Positions 31,301-42,157 of a stretch of DNA of 64,000 nucleotides are shown here, in pieces. Positions within the stretch are counted from its first letter, which is position 1, and every line of letters begins with the position of its first letter. Origin of the DNA: an uncultured cyanobacterium (GTDB lineage Bacteria > Cyanobacteriota > Cyanobacteriia > Phormidesmidales > Phormidesmidaceae); contig CAWBZI010000002.1 in assembly GCA_963793265.1 (NCBI GenBank), positions 256,001-320,000 of the forward strand, given 5' to 3'. The notes beneath the pieces are model-generated. The model did no database searches. It was given only the letters and a program-made list of their open reading frames with translations, and had not been told where the DNA came from. The position numbers were made by a program, and so were the translations under genes.

Positions 31301-34300
31301 CGCCAGATCACATATATTGAAGCTCACGGCACGGGTACAACATTAGGCGATCCGATTGAAGTCAATGCGCTTAAGGCTGTTTTTACAACTGAAAGAGAAA
31401 ATCAGCCTTGCTATGTGGGCTCGGTAAAAACCAATATCGGACATACCGAACCAGCGGCGGGTGTGACTGGGCTGATTAAGGTTTTGCTGTCGCTACAGAA
31501 CCAAGAAATTCCGCCGCATCTGCATTTGCAAAAGGTGAATCCTTATATTCAGCTCGAAAATACGCCGCTGCAAATTCCGACTGAGAAACAATCCTGGGTG
31601 TCTGATCAGGCTCCTCGCATAGCGGGCGTGAGCGCTTTCGGGTTTGGGGGCACAAACGCGCATGTAATTGTCGCTGAATCGCCTCGATCTGTTGAGCAGG
31701 AAACAGAGCTGCCGGTTGTAGGCGATCGCCCGCATCATCTCCTTACCCTTTCAGCTAAAAGCGAGGATGCGCTACAGGCGCTGGTTCTACGCTATCAAGA
31801 TTTTTTGGCGTCGAGCAAATCATCGTTAGCAGATATTTGTTTTACGGCAAACGAGGGGCGATCGCACTTCCCCCACCGTCTAGCCGTTCAAGCCTCTTCC
31901 CTATCTCAGCTACAGCAAAATCTAAAAAACAAAAAACACCTCCTCGCAGGCGAGCTTTCAAGCCAAAAGCCACCACAAATTGCTTTTCTCTTCACCGGAC
32001 AAGGCTCCCAGTATTTCAACATGGGAAAGCAGCTTTACGAAACCCAACTCACCTTTAAGCAAGCCCTCGACCGCTGCGATGAAATCCTACAGCCGTTGCT
32101 GAGAAAATCCCTACTGTCAGTTCTCTATGCGTCTGCCTCAGATTCTCTATTAGACCAAACCGCCTACACTCAACCCGCAATTTTTGCAGTTGAATACGCC
32201 TTGGCGCAGCTTTGGAAATCTTGGGGCATCACACCCGATGTCGTTTTAGGTCATAGCGTGGGTGAGTATGCCGCCGCTTGCGTATCAGGCGTATTTAGCT
32301 TAGAAGACGGCCTGACGTTAATCGCGGCTCGGAGCAAGTTGATGCAGGCTTTGCCCGCTGGTGGCGAGATGCTTTCTTTATTAGCGACGGTTGAGGATGT
32401 GAGAAAGTGGATTGAGCCTTATGAAGGAGAGGTTGCGATCGCTGCTATTAATGGCCCCAAGAGCGTGGTAATTTCTGGCGTGGGAGAAGCGGTGAGTGCG
32501 ATCGCTCAATCCTTACAGGCTAAAGGTATTAAGACCCAAAAACTCACGGTTTCTCATGCCTTTCATTCGCCGCTGATGGAGCCGATGTTGGGAGAGTTTA
32601 ATGCGATCGCCCAACAAATCACATATAGCCTACCTAAAACGCCCTTCGTTTCCTGCGTTACTGGCAAGTTTATCACTGATGAAATTGCCACGTCTCAATA
32701 CTGGGTTCGCCACGTACAGCAACCTGTTAACTTTGCTAAAGGCATCGCCACCCTACAGGCAAAAGACTACCGCATCTATTTAGAAATCGGGCCTAAGCCG
32801 TTACTACTCGGCATGGCAAAGCAGTGTCTTCCATCCAACACCGAGATTCTTTGCTTACCCAGCCTCAGAGCAGAATCGTCTAGTCAAGGTGACTGGTATC
32901 AGATACTTCAAACCCTCAGTCACTTATACATTAACGGCCTCGCTATTGAATGGAAGAAATTCGATCAAGACTATCCACGACAGAAAGTATCGCTGCCGAC
33001 TTATCCTTTTCAAAGACAGCGATACTGGTCTGAGAACAAATCTCAGCCGCAGATATCCCAACAGCTCAGCATCTCGACTGTCGGCTCCAACCATCCCCTC
33101 CTCGGACAGCAGTTTCAATCCCCCGTTTCCCCCACTCAATTTCAAGCTCAGCTCAGCCCTCAACAGCCTAGCTATCTGACGCATCATCGCGTATTCAGTC
33201 AGGCCATATTGCCAGCCGCCGCTTATCTAGAAACGGCCTTAGCAGCAGGCGTGACAAAACATGATTTTCCTATATCCCTGACAGACGTAGCTATTCAGCG
33301 AGGACTAATTCTACAAGAGGATAATCCGATAACGGTTCAAACCGTACTTGAGCCAGTAGAAAACGACGCTCATACATTTAAAGTATTTAGCCTAGCGCCT
33401 GCATCTAGCGACAAAGCGGCTCAATGGACACGCCATGCCGAAGGGAAAATACAACAAACTAAAAACAGCAGGCCGCTACCGATTGATTTAGAAGTCTGTA
33501 AAGCTAATTTTCTTCAGCAGGTTCCTGTCCAAGAGTATTATCAAAAGCTGCATCAGCAAGGCTTAGAATATGGCGCAGATTTTCAAGCGATTCAACAGCT
33601 ATGGGCTGCACCGAATCAGGCATTTGGAAAGATTGAACTGCCTACAACACTAGCAATTGAACCCTATCAAGTACATCCTGTATTGTTAGATGCCAGCTTT
33701 CAAATATTAGCTGCTGCGATTGGTGAAGTCCACGGATCAGAGACGTACTTACCCGCAGGCATAGAGCGAATCAGCCTGTACGACAAGGTTCCAGAAAGCC
33801 TCTGGGCGATTGGCTCGATATTACCTTCAGCAGAAAACGCTAGGCAACTTACCGCTGATGTAAAGCTGCTTGACGCTACCGGAGCCCTTATCGCTCACGT
33901 AGAAGGGCTGACGCTCAATCGCATCAATCGAGAGGTTTTACTGCGCTACCTTCAACCAGAAACTCCGCCTGCTTTGTACGCGGTGCAGTGGGAAAAGTCG
34001 TCTTTACCGCCCGCGCCTATTCTGCCAGTCACCGCTCAAACCTGGCTTATCTTTTCCTCTGATGCCGACAGCGTTAGCACACCACTTATAGAGGATCTTC
34101 AACAGCAAAACCATAGATGTATTCTTGTTTCTCCTGGCGAAACCTATCAGCAAATCGATGATCAGCACTATCTCATTAATTCAGCTAATCCAGAAGACTT
34201 TCAACAGTTGATTAGCACTGTTTTATCTGAGGACAATAGTTTGCAAGGCGTTGTTTGCCTATCTTTAGATTGTGTAGGCATTCTGCACCTTGTACAGACC

Positions 34301-36766
34301 GTTGTTGAGTCTAAAACGAAAACCTCTTTATGGCTATTGACGCAGGGTACGCAAAGTATACATACGATTAGCGCAGCGCCCCTTCAGTTTCAGCAAGCGT
34401 CGATTTGGGGCTTAGGGCGAGTGATTGCTTTAGAGCATCCTGAGCTAAGCTGTCGGCGCATTGATTGGGCGGAAGGTGAAAAGGTATCGCAGTTAGTAGA
34501 AGAGTTGTTGGTCGCTGACGTGGAAGATCAGATTGCCTATCGGGGGGGCGATCGCTACATCCCCCGACTCACGCCCTACAGCAAAGCCAAAAGCAGCTTT
34601 CTCCCAATCCCCGCAGGTCAATCCTTTCAGCTCAAGCTCACTGAGTATGGCCTAATAGATAATCTTGAGCTTCAGTCGGTGCAGAGGCGATCGCCTGCCC
34701 CCCAAGAAGTTGAAATTCAGGTCGCCGCCGCCGGACTTAACTTTAGAGACGTACTTAACACCCTGGGCCTGCTCAAAGACTACTATGCCACCCATCTTGG
34801 CATCACACACGCCAACCAGCTCACATTTGGCTTTGAATGCGCGGGCACCATCGTAGCTATTGGCGAGCAAGTCTCTCACCTCGAAGTCGGTGATGAAGTC
34901 ATTGCCACCATGCTTACCGATGGCGTGAGTCGATTCGTTACCACCCGCTCAGAATTCGTCATTCCTAAGCCCCAACAAATCACCTTTGCAGAAGCTGCCA
35001 CCTTGCCGCTTGCCTTCCTAACCGCCTACTACGGCCTTCACCATCTCGCCAAACTTCAGCCAGGCGACAAAGTTCTCATCCACTCAGCAGCCGGTGGCGT
35101 AGGTCAGGCCGCCGTACAAATTGCCCAAAAGGTAGGCGCTGAGATCTTCGCGACTGCCAGCCCGAGTAAATGGGACTTTCTCAAAGCTCAGGGCATTAGT
35201 CACGTTATGAACTCTCGTAGCTTAGACTTTGCTGACGAAATCGCGGAAACAACTGAGGGGAAAGGTGTCGATGTGGTTCTTAACAGCTTAAATGGTGACT
35301 TTATCGATAAAAGCTTTGAAGTACTATCTGATGAAGGTCGCTTTGTTGAGCTAGGGAAAATCGGTATCTGGAATGAAGAGAAGGTGCAGCAAGCCTACCC
35401 TCAAGCCCAATACTTTCCGTTTGACTTAGGCGAAGTAACCCGAGAAGATCCTGCCTTTATCCGCGACGTATGGAACGAGCTAAGCGACGCTTTCAACCAG
35501 GAGCACTTCCATCCGCTTCCTATTAAAACCTTTCCCATTCAAAATAGCGTCTCAGCCTTTCGCCATATGCAGCAGGCAAAGCACATTGGCAAAGTTGTTC
35601 TCACGCTACCTGCTACCGTTCCCGCCAATATTTCTATCAATGGCGACAGCACTTACTTAATCACAGGCGGGCTCGGTGCTTTGGGCCTACAGGTCGCTGA
35701 ATGGATTGCGAGTCAGGGCGGTGAGCATATTGTTCTAGTGGGGAGGCGATCGCCCAGCGAGCAAGCCCAAGCAACAATTAGCCAGCTAGAAGAGTTGGGA
35801 ATTGAAGTGCTAGTCATCTTAGGAGACATTTCACAGCAACAGTCGGTCGAAGAAATATTTGAGCAGCTAGCCGAAGCAGACGTACCACCACTCAAAGGTA
35901 TTATTCACGCGGCAGGCATTCTCGAAGACGGCTTACTATCGCAGCTCACAGCGCCACAGTTTGAAAAAGTATTTGCGCCTAAAGTCGCGGGCACCTGGCA
36001 CCTACATCAGGCTTGTCAGTCGCTGTCGCTGGACTTCTTTGTTTGTTTCTCTTCTATCGCGTCTCTGATCGGTTCACCCGGCCAAGCCAACTACGCCGCC
36101 GCCAATGCCTATATGGACGCGCTCATGCAGCACCGTCAAGCACAAGGTTTACCTGGACTGAGCATTAACTGGGGGCCGTGGGCAAATGCAGGCATGGCCG
36201 CACAGCTAGAGGCGATCGCGCAAGATCGTCTGAGCGCTCGGGGCGTTACCCCCATTCAGGCCGAGCAAGGATTGAAGCTATTAGGAGAGCTGCTAAGACA
36301 AGAAATCGCTCAGGTCGGTGTGTTCTCAATCGATTGGCCTAAATTTAGTGCGCAGTTGCCGCCCGGTGTGACGCTACCTATGCTGGCGTCGTTTAAGACC
36401 GTGGTGGTTGATGAAAATAGGCGCGATCGCCTCCAGGGTCTAGAAAAGTTAAAGCAGGTTCCGGCTCGCGATCGCCGCCACCATCTCATGCGACACATCC
36501 AAACCGAAATCGCTGACGTACTAGGCTACGACTCACCCGACGAAATCGCTCTAAACCAGCCCCTCGGAGACTTGGGCGTAGACTCCCTGATGGCCGTCGA
36601 ACTTGCCAATCAGCTTGAATACAACCTCGGCCCCACCATCCCAGCGAGCTTCCTATTCGAGCATCCTACGCTACAAGGCTTAGTCGGTTATCTAATCGAA
36701 CAAATGCCAGACGTTGAGTTTCTAGAAAACGAGCCTACAACAGATACACCCATAGCAGACCGCTAA
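28343..36766 (+). CDS. Type I PKS: FAAL-ACP-KS-AT-DH-ER-KR-ACP, no thioesterase
   Basis: [49 protein letters not shown] and HAFHS (malonyl-type); [38 protein letters not shown]; terminal ACP GVDSL. Confidence 0.95.
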   Translation: MLDSSITNLVDLLKFRAASQPQKTAYIFLENGETEESRLTYEQLDQKAIEIAAFLRQRATVGDRALLLYPPGLDFITAFFGCLYAGIIAVPAYPPRKNQSLERLQAIAQDSQATLALSTQKVVTDTQKSWQQDPLSSTLQWLATDSALATDNTFLPPSPAPKTLAFLQYTSGSTGTPKGVMVSHGNLLHNCATIYACFENNIEHVGVSWLPFHHDMGLIGGVLQTIYGGGTVILMSPVAFLQKPIRWLQAISHYNAVTSGGPNFAYDLCVQTIKPEQLSALDLSSWSLAFTGAEPVRPETLERFTDTFTSCGFRNNTFYPCYGMAETTLLVTGGIRADDPVIHTVNRDALERNQIKASAIPSESKALVGCGRTWLNTKVRIVDPDTLKLCAPDKVGEIWVAGESIAQGYWQRDEQTQQTFQAYIADTNEGPFLRTGDLGFFNGEELFITGRLKDVVIIRGRNHYPQDIELTAESAHEALQLNGCAAFSVEISSSEQLVIVQEVKRSHLRSLSDSKVVDDIVLSIRRAISEAHELQVYAILLLKPGALPKTSSGKVQRKQCQREFLADSIATVAQWKRALQSAVPPVNQEFAVALNNLTHQEKVQAIETWLVNRISQRLQISSTEIDRQEPLASYGLDSLQAIEMSTELEAWLEKPVVPTVVYDYPTIEALAQRLASDEERRVAITPKKATASDEPIAVIGMSCRFPGAPDLQSFWQLLTEGQDAITAIPLSRWDADKVKSAADSKQPAQWGGFLKQVDQFDPKFFGLSPREATHADPQQRLLLEVCWEALENAGLAADQLEGSQSGIFIGVSNGDYSRLQGGQLDKDVYYGTGNAFSIAANRLSYFLDWHGPSFAIDTACSSSLVAVHQACQSLKTGESNLALAGGVNLILDPQLTVTFSQAQMLAADGRCKTFDAGADGYVRSEGCGIVALKRLSDAVAAGDNIVGVIQGSAVNQDGRSNGLTAPNSLAQQGVIRQALENAGVSDRQITYIEAHGTGTTLGDPIEVNALKAVFTTERENQPCYVGSVKTNIGHTEPAAGVTGLIKVLLSLQNQEIPPHLHLQKVNPYIQLENTPLQIPTEKQSWVSDQAPRIAGVSAFGFGGTNAHVIVAESPRSVEQETELPVVGDRPHHLLTLSAKSEDALQALVLRYQDFLASSKSSLADICFTANEGRSHFPHRLAVQASSLSQLQQNLKNKKHLLAGELSSQKPPQIAFLFTGQGSQYFNMGKQLYETQLTFKQALDRCDEILQPLLRKSLLSVLYASASDSLLDQTAYTQPAIFAVEYALAQLWKSWGITPDVVLGHSVGEYAAACVSGVFSLEDGLTLIAARSKLMQALPAGGEMLSLLATVEDVRKWIEPYEGEVAIAAINGPKSVVISGVGEAVSAIAQSLQAKGIKTQKLTVSHAFHSPLMEPMLGEFNAIAQQITYSLPKTPFVSCVTGKFITDEIATSQYWVRHVQQPVNFAKGIATLQAKDYRIYLEIGPKPLLLGMAKQCLPSNTEILCLPSLRAESSSQGDWYQILQTLSHLYINGLAIEWKKFDQDYPRQKVSLPTYPFQRQRYWSENKSQPQISQQLSISTVGSNHPLLGQQFQSPVSPTQFQAQLSPQQPSYLTHHRVFSQAILPAAAYLETALAAGVTKHDFPISLTDVAIQRGLILQEDNPITVQTVLEPVENDAHTFKVFSLAPASSDKAAQWTRHAEGKIQQTKNSRPLPIDLEVCKANFLQQVPVQEYYQKLHQQGLEYGADFQAIQQLWAAPNQAFGKIELPTTLAIEPYQVHPVLLDASFQILAAAIGEVHGSETYLPAGIERISLYDKVPESLWAIGSILPSAENARQLTADVKLLDATGALIAHVEGLTLNRINREVLLRYLQPETPPALYAVQWEKSSLPPAPILPVTAQTWLIFSSDADSVSTPLIEDLQQQNHRCILVSPGETYQQIDDQHYLINSANPEDFQQLISTVLSEDNSLQGVVCLSLDCVGILHLVQTVVESKTKTSLWLLTQGTQSIHTISAAPLQFQQASIWGLGRVIALEHPELSCRRIDWAEGEKVSQLVEELLVADVEDQIAYRGGDRYIPRLTPYSKAKSSFLPIPAGQSFQLKLTEYGLIDNLELQSVQRRSPAPQEVEIQVAAAGLNFRDVLNTLGLLKDYYATHLGITHANQLTFGFECAGTIVAIGEQVSHLEVGDEVIATMLTDGVSRFVTTRSEFVIPKPQQITFAEAATLPLAFLTAYYGLHHLAKLQPGDKVLIHSAAGGVGQAAVQIAQKVGAEIFATASPSKWDFLKAQGISHVMNSRSLDFADEIAETTEGKGVDVVLNSLNGDFIDKSFEVLSDEGRFVELGKIGIWNEEKVQQAYPQAQYFPFDLGEVTREDPAFIRDVWNELSDAFNQEHFHPLPIKTFPIQNSVSAFRHMQQAKHIGKVVLTLPATVPANISINGDSTYLITGGLGALGLQVAEWIASQGGEHIVLVGRRSPSEQAQATISQLEELGIEVLVILGDISQQQSVEEIFEQLAEADVPPLKGIIHAAGILEDGLLSQLTAPQFEKVFAPKVAGTWHLHQACQSLSLDFFVCFSSIASLIGSPGQANYAAANAYMDALMQHRQAQGLPGLSINWGPWANAGMAAQLEAIAQDRLSARGVTPIQAEQGLKLLGELLRQEIAQVGVFSIDWPKFSAQLPPGVTLPMLASFKTVVVDENRRDRLQGLEKLKQVPARDRRHHLMRHIQTEIADVLGYDSPDEIALNQPLGDLGVDSLMAVELANQLEYNLGPTIPASFLFEHPTLQGLVGYLIEQMPDVEFLENEPTTDTPIADR

Positions 36767-36777
36767 CCTATCTTCTC

Positions 36778-37506
36778 ATGAAACTCTCTGTCGTCATTCC
36801 TGTTTACAACGAAATAAATACGATTGACGCTGTTCTAAAAATGGTGGCTAAGGCTTTACCTGACGTGCTAAAGGAGATTGTTATCGTTGACGACTTTTCC
36901 ACCGACGGCACCCGAGAATGGCTTGTCATTCAAAGCTCAAAGGAATGGATGGACTTTCTAGAGTATCCCTCTCTCAGTGGGGTAAATCTGTTGCTACAGC
37001 CACAAAATAGAGGGAAGGGTGCCGCCCTACGCGAAGGATTCAGCGCTGCAACGGGTGATGTCATTATCATTCAGGACGCCGATCTTGAATATGATCCTGA
37101 TGACTGGGCCGACATGTGGAAGCTCATTGCTGAAGACAAAGCAGATGTAGTCTATGGCTCTCGCTTCTATGGCAAGCCGCACCGTGTTCTCTATTTCCAT
37201 CATTCTCTCGGCAACAAAACTATTTCAACGCTGCTGAATGTTATCTGCAACACAACACTTTCTGATGTAGAAGTTTGTTATAAAATGTTTCGTAAACAAG
37301 TGCTCAAAGATATTGAGCTAACTTGTGATGGCTTTGGATTTGAGGTTGAGTTTTCGGTAAAAGTGGCGCGATCGCCGCATAGATGGCGGCTTTACGAAGT
37401 AGCCGTAGCCTATTACGGGCGTACCTACGAAGAAGGTAAAAAAATAAGCTGGAAAGATGGCGTTAAGGCGCTTTGGCTCATTGTTTGGTTTGCAATAAGA
37501 ACGTAG
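36778..37506 (+). CDS. GT2 glycosyltransferase (polyprenol-phosphate glycosyltransferase/DPM1-like)
   Basis: [51 protein letters not shown]. Confidence 0.92.
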   Translation: MKLSVVIPVYNEINTIDAVLKMVAKALPDVLKEIVIVDDFSTDGTREWLVIQSSKEWMDFLEYPSLSGVNLLLQPQNRGKGAALREGFSAATGDVIIIQDADLEYDPDDWADMWKLIAEDKADVVYGSRFYGKPHRVLYFHHSLGNKTISTLLNVICNTTLSDVEVCYKMFRKQVLKDIELTCDGFGFEVEFSVKVARSPHRWRLYEVAVAYYGRTYEEGKKISWKDGVKALWLIVWFAIRT

Positions 37507-37562
37507 ATGATCGCTACGAATAAGACATACTTTGCATATTGTGAGTTGACGGAGGCTAGTTC

Positions 37563-37804
37563 ATAAAAGCTCAAGTAGATCAATGGGTAACTCTCTTGCC
37601 GTCCGAATTCCAAAGCACATCGTTCAAGCACTCAACCTTCAAGCCAACGATGCCATAGAATTTAGTGTAGTAGAGGGAAAGGCTGTCATAAAGCCCATTC
37701 GCATATTGCCTGAGTTTACGCTGGATGAACTGTTGGAACAGATCGTAGAAACGCCGGAGGCGGAAGTTAGTTGAGATCAACCTGTTGGTGAGAAAGTTTG
37801 ATAA
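37563..37804 (+). pseudogene. mazE: Degraded MazE/AbrB antitoxin
   Basis: GGAGG RBS, then ATA-KAQVDQW / frameshift / GNSLAVRIPK...FTLDELLEQI...EVS*DQPVGEKV*; both stops fall where MazE has Trp. Confidence 0.8.
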
Positions 37805-37885
37805 GTGTATATTCCTCAACGAGGCGATTTCATCTGGCTCAAATTCGATCCTCAATCTGGCCATGAACAGAATCGACACAGGCCG
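37805..37885 (+). pseudogene. mazF: Truncated MazF/PemK toxin N-terminus
   Basis: GTG-YIPQRGDFIWLKFDPQSGHEQNRHRP; similarity ends at the IS junction. Confidence 0.85.
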
Positions 37886-38369
37886 CGTCAACATAGTGTT
37901 CTTTCGGCGGTAGCTGCTTAGCAATTAGCGCGTCGTGAATGCTCTCGATACACTGTGATTCGTGACGCAGCGCATCTGTGGTCATCACCTGCGTAATCAA
38001 GTGAACGCTCTTGTCATCACAGGTTTCACTCAGGTGCGTGCGGTAGCCCGCCCAGCTAATGCCCTGGCGGCGACAGTAGCGCGCTTCGGTATCGTAGGGC
38101 GATGCGATATGAGGCGTCTGAACATTTAGCTCTCGACTGCTTTTCCAACGCAGGCAGCTGACAGCTTCCCCTTCGACGTAGCTGTAGTGATACTGCTACA
38201 GACCAGCGAGCGTTTGAACGCTGTCTAACGCCTGCCCTTCTGTCGCTACCTCCGAGCTGGCTAAGCACTTCAGTAAGGTGTCGCCGTCTTCGCCAATCTT
38301 AAAGGCGGCTTTGGCGGTGCGCCGTGTATTGGCAGGAACTGTGCGATGCGGTTTAGAACTCAAGGACAT
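37884..38369 (-). mobile_element. IS1182-like transposase remnant (internally deleted, with stop codon)
   Basis: MSLSSKPHRTVPANTRRTAKAAF jumps to IGEDGDTLL...; then IASPYDTEARY...WAGYRTHLSETCDDKSVHLITQV...IHDAL...PKEHYVDA. Confidence 0.8.
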
Positions 38370-38493
38370 CGGCAATCTGACAGGTTAGCGGTTAGCGAAC
38401 TGGCAAGTCAGCGCTTCGCGATCTCGCTTCCTGTTAGCGATACATCAGCTACAGTTCTATGATTGTTGAAATGAATACCATCTTGTCTGCGGA

Positions 38494-39072
38494 TTAGGGT
38501 CGAATACCTTGCCAAAGACTTTCAATAATATCTTCTATATAGTCTTTAGGCTCTGGTAACGGCGCGGACAATTGGCTCAGAAATACGTAGCTTATACAGC
38601 TACCCATAAATTGCAGTGCAACCGTCCGAGGATCCACTGCTTTCATTCTTCCTAGCTTCATTTCTATTTTGAAAAAAAGAACAAGTGCCTTTAAATTTTG
38701 GATAGGTGGTGTACCTTCAGATTTAACCATGTCGGCGGGTGTGGTCAAACCTTTGGACATCAGCATGATGAGCTTTGGCATATGTTCCTGAAAATACTCA
38801 ATCACTTGCAGACTAATTAGCTTAAGATTTTCCTTGAGGTTTCCTTTTCCGACTAAAGACTTCAGTGAGGATCGCCACAAAGGAACACCAGGTAGTCCCA
38901 TCGCTTTGAGAAATAAATTTTCTTTCGTAGAGAATCGCTTGAAAATTGATGCTTCAGAAATACCTGCTCGCCTTGCGATATCGACTGTTGATGCGCCAAA
39001 TCCTTGCTCTAGAAACACCGCTAGCGCCGCATCTAAAATTTGTTTATCGGTAATTTTACGTGTTCTAGCCAT
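38494..39072 (-). CDS. TetR/AcrR family regulator (paralog of 44250-44840)
   Basis: ILDAALAVFLEQGFGASTVDIARRAGISEASIFKRFSTKENLF HTH. Confidence 0.93.
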   Translation of the reverse strand: MARTRKITDKQILDAALAVFLEQGFGASTVDIARRAGISEASIFKRFSTKENLFLKAMGLPGVPLWRSSLKSLVGKGNLKENLKLISLQVIEYFQEHMPKLIMLMSKGLTTPADMVKSEGTPPIQNLKALVLFFKIEMKLGRMKAVDPRTVALQFMGSCISYVFLSQLSAPLPEPKDYIEDIIESLWQGIRP

Positions 39073-39233
39073 ATTCACGAGCAGACGTTTTTCTCACTAG
39101 TAAGAACATCTAATATATTTAGAGTCCTTATGTCTCACTGTATAGGATGATTTCGCTCAAAGGTAGAGCCGGTCGGTAATGGGTCAGTCGCTCGTAAGCC
39201 TACTAGCCACTATTGAAATGTTGACCAAGGGGG

Positions 39234-39283
39234 TTGACGCTGTAGAAATTTGCGCTATTAATAAGTAAGTAATTACTTATTAA
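39234..39283 (+). promoter_or_regulatory. Sigma70-type promoter overlapped by operator type A
   Basis: TTGACG (-35), TATTAAT (-10 region), palindrome TAATAAGTAA-GTAA-TTACTTATTA. Confidence 0.7.
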
Positions 39284-39341
39284 ACGCTGCGTGCCATGTC
39301 CAACCGATTAATAGTTTGATTACAAATTAGGGGATTGACTC

Positions 39342-39818
39342 ATGAGAATGACCATTTTTAATTCAAAGCTGCTTGTTGTAGGTATGCTGGCAATCGGGTT
39401 GTCTACGCTTAGTGAAAGATCCGCTCATGCTTTTTCTAACGCCGTATCCACATCAGAAGCAGCCTTGAATCAGTCTGATTTCGACGCTCAGATGCTGGCT
39501 CAGTTTCCGAGAGGTGGTTCTTTTCCTATGAGGAATGACCCCTTTTCAGATCGTCTGCGCAATGGTCGCAATAGCCGCGATGAGTGGGAAGATCGGCGTG
39601 AAGACTTCGAAGACGAACGGGAAGATCGGCGTGAAGACTTTAGGGATGAGCTTGAGGACTGCCGTGATGAAGACGGTGACGATCGGCGTGAGTGCCTTGA
39701 AGACCTCAGTGACGATTTTGAAGATAGCTCAGTGCGTGAGTCCAGTCCTTTTGGCGATCGCAGCTCGCGCGGAGGGGCTTTTCTCTTTCGGAAGGAATCT
39801 CCGAAACCTTCTCTCTGA
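39342..39818 (+). CDS. Small secreted protein with acidic/basic 11-aa repeats
   Basis: GGGG RBS, signal peptide ending AHA-F; repeats DEWEDRREDFE/DEREDRREDFR and two Cys. Confidence 0.7.
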   Translation: MRMTIFNSKLLVVGMLAIGLSTLSERSAHAFSNAVSTSEAALNQSDFDAQMLAQFPRGGSFPMRNDPFSDRLRNGRNSRDEWEDRREDFEDEREDRREDFRDELEDCRDEDGDDRRECLEDLSDDFEDSSVRESSPFGDRSSRGGAFLFRKESPKPSL

Positions 39819-39870
39819 GGTTCTAGAGATGTATCAAAGAAAAATAGTTGAAAAATAACTACGATATATC

Positions 39871-39963
39871 ACTCCGGCAATTAAATAGATCCGAGAGGAT
39901 CGCTGTGCAAGCCTTATAAAAAGGAATTTTCCTAAATCTTTTCGCCTATTTAGACGCCGGAGT
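39871..39963. repeat. 93-bp segment bounded by imperfect terminal inverted repeats (MITE-like)
   Basis: ACTCCGGCAATTAAATAG ... CTATTTAGACGCCGGAGT (15/18 complementary). Confidence 0.45.
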
Positions 39964-40074
39964 CATACATAGAAACAGCAACTAACAGTATCGACAGGGG
40001 TCTTGATCGCAGCATCATTAGTGTTTGTAAGTGCTGGAATCTTTCAGAAAGTAAATTCGATCACTAGGCGATGT

Positions 40075-40442
40075 AGTTATGGCAGACGAGGGCTAGCGAG
40101 TAGCCGCGGGCCAGACGTTAGCAAGATTAGATATTCGGAATTTAGAGACGCAGCGACTTCAGGTTGAGGCGCAAAAGGCGCAGGCGATCGCCCGACTTAC
40201 CGAGCTGCAAAATGGTGCTAGAGCAGAAGATATTGCAGCCGCTGAAGCTGCGGTAAGAGATTTAGAGCAGCAGCTCACCCTACAAAGAACGCAGGAGCAG
40301 CGCCGAGAGTACCTTTATGAGAGAGGCGCGATCGCCAGAGAGCAGCTAGATGAATTTGCCTTCGGTGCTAATTCACTACAAGCTAAGCTAGAACAGGCTC
40401 GAAGCCGCCTAGAAGAGCTGCGTAACGGCACTCGCTTTGAGC
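40075..40442 (+). pseudogene. 368-bp duplicated internal fragment of the RND adaptor gene (copy of 45692-46059)
   Basis: Ungapped alignment at constant offset 5617 with about 10 substitutions, including CAG>TAG. Confidence 0.95.
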
Positions 40443-40450
40443 TAGCAATG

Positions 40451-40501
40451 TTGACTATATCTATTGAGTGAGCTATTAATGAGTGAGCAGTCACTCATTA
40501 A
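40451..40501 (+). promoter_or_regulatory. Promoter with operator type A upstream of the ABC exporter operon
   Basis: TTGACT (-35), TATTAAT, perfect palindrome TTAATGAGTGA-GCAG-TCACTCATTAA. Confidence 0.75.
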
Positions 40502-40560
40502 CTATTTGCCTACGCGGTTACTCCGTATTAAGTCACCTTCACGGTTCACAAACTGATTCG

Positions 40561-42048
40561 ATGAAAGAAAATCAAATTTCTGACGTTTTGAACATTCGAG
40601 CTTCGCTGTCTAAGGTTGCCTTTTCACGCCGATGGCTCTGGGGCTTTCTGTCTGTATTCTTGCTGCTGACCTTAGGATTTGGCAGAAATCTGTTGACTAG
40701 CCGTCGTTCATCAGACTCTGATACGCTCACTCGACAAGTGGAGAGAGCAACGGTTCCGGTAGTCATCACTGCTAATGGCACGGTAGAAGCAGAACGCGCT
40801 ATCAACTTAAGCCCCAAAAATTCGGGTGTTGTGGAAACACTACTGGTGGAAGAGGGCGATCGCGTCACCCAAGGCCAAGTTGTTGCCCTCATGGACGACT
40901 CAAACCTGCGGGGCGAACTCCTTCAGGTACAAGGGCAGCTGGCACAACAGAAAGCAAACTTAGAACGGATAATAGCAGGCGATCGCCCCGAAGATATTGC
41001 CCGAGCCGAAGCTCAACTGGCTGAAGCCGAAGCCAACCTGCGAGAACTCCGCTCGGGCAACCGCAACCAAGAAATTTCGCAGGCCGAAGCGCGGTTGCAG
41101 CGGGCGCGCACAACCCTACAGCAGCGAGAAACCAACCTACAGCGCTACGAATCTCTTTTTAGCGCAGGTGCCATCTCACGAGAAGACGTCGAACAAAGAA
41201 GAGTTGATCGCGATGTGGCTATTGCTGACGTTAGAGAAGCTGAAGAAGCGCTGTCTCTCACTAATGCGGGTAGCCGTGATGAACAAATCGCGCAAGCTGA
41301 GGCTCGCGTAGAGCAGCAGCGGCAAAGTGTTGCCGCGATAAAATCTGGTAATCGCCCAGAAGATATCGAGCAGGCGCGCGCACAGGTACTTTCGGCTGAA
41401 GGGACACTGCAAACGACAGAAGCGAGACTTCAAGACACCGAAATCAGAGCCCCTTTCGACGGGGTGGTCAATCAAATTTACGCTGAGCTAGGGGCCTTTG
41501 TGAGTCCTTCGGTGTCGGGTGGTAATACAGAATCGGCTTCATCGTCGTCTATCCTACAGCTTTCAAGCGATCGCAACGAAGTAGTGGTCAATCTTCCCGA
41601 GGCGCAAATTGCTAAGGTTGAAGTGGGGCAGCCTGTTGTTATTCAAGCCGATGCTTTTTCTGGTGAAACCTTCACAGGACAGGTATCACAGATAGCGGCT
41701 CAGGCAAGTGTCAGTCAAAATGTCACCAGCTTTGAAGTAAGGCTTTCGCTGGATTTGCCTGAAGCCGAAAAGCTGAGAGTCGGCATGAATGTGGAAGCTC
41801 AGTTTGAGGTAGGCCAAATAGAAAATGCGCTGCTAGTGCCTAACGCCGCTGTTGTTAAAGGGCCAGAAGGTGAGGGCGTGTATGTGTTAGAGGGCGATGA
41901 GCCTGTGTTTCAATCCATTCAGTCTGGAGAGACTGTTCAAGGTCAAACGGAAGTAATTTCTGGGCTTGATGGCGACGAGCAAGTTCTAATCTCACCGCCT
42001 TCAGAAGCAGAATCTCCTGGCGGCTTTCAGCTTCCTTCTCCACCATAA
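40561..42048 (+). CDS. Efflux periplasmic adaptor subunit (HlyD/MacA-like)
   Basis: N-terminal TM; ITANGTVEA, VEEGDRVTQGQ, long coiled coil, IRAPFDGVV, LRVGMNV, LLVPNAAV; ATG 40561 chosen because the longer ORF start lies inside the operator. Confidence 0.92.
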   Translation: MKENQISDVLNIRASLSKVAFSRRWLWGFLSVFLLLTLGFGRNLLTSRRSSDSDTLTRQVERATVPVVITANGTVEAERAINLSPKNSGVVETLLVEEGDRVTQGQVVALMDDSNLRGELLQVQGQLAQQKANLERIIAGDRPEDIARAEAQLAEAEANLRELRSGNRNQEISQAEARLQRARTTLQQRETNLQRYESLFSAGAISREDVEQRRVDRDVAIADVREAEEALSLTNAGSRDEQIAQAEARVEQQRQSVAAIKSGNRPEDIEQARAQVLSAEGTLQTTEARLQDTEIRAPFDGVVNQIYAELGAFVSPSVSGGNTESASSSSILQLSSDRNEVVVNLPEAQIAKVEVGQPVVIQADAFSGETFTGQVSQIAAQASVSQNVTSFEVRLSLDLPEAEKLRVGMNVEAQFEVGQIENALLVPNAAVVKGPEGEGVYVLEGDEPVFQSIQSGETVQGQTEVISGLDGDEQVLISPPSEAESPGGFQLPSPP

Positions 42049-42063
42049 AATTCGTCTAAAAAC

Positions 42064-42098
42064 ATTCACACTCAAGATTCACACTCAATATTCACGCT
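42064..42098. repeat. 13-bp tandem repeat (two full copies plus a partial)
   Basis: ATTCACACTCAAG ATTCACACTCAAT ATTCACGCT. Confidence 0.7.
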
Positions 42099-42157
42099 GC
42101 GTTCAGCGCGACTTTCAACGATGCTCACTCTCAGCAAGCACAATCAACGACAAGGTT

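Noticed and set aside
28343..36766. PKS as olefin synthase (Ols) or heterocyst glycolipid synthase
   Set aside because: No sulfotransferase or TE domains and DH/ER are present, unlike Ols; no tandem-ACP HglE or chain-length-factor architecture
40483..40560. N-terminal extension of the adaptor ORF given in the track (similar extensions at 26454, 57183, 58143)
   Set aside because: The upstream starts fall in operator or promoter DNA or precede the recognisable N-terminus; downstream ATGs fit better
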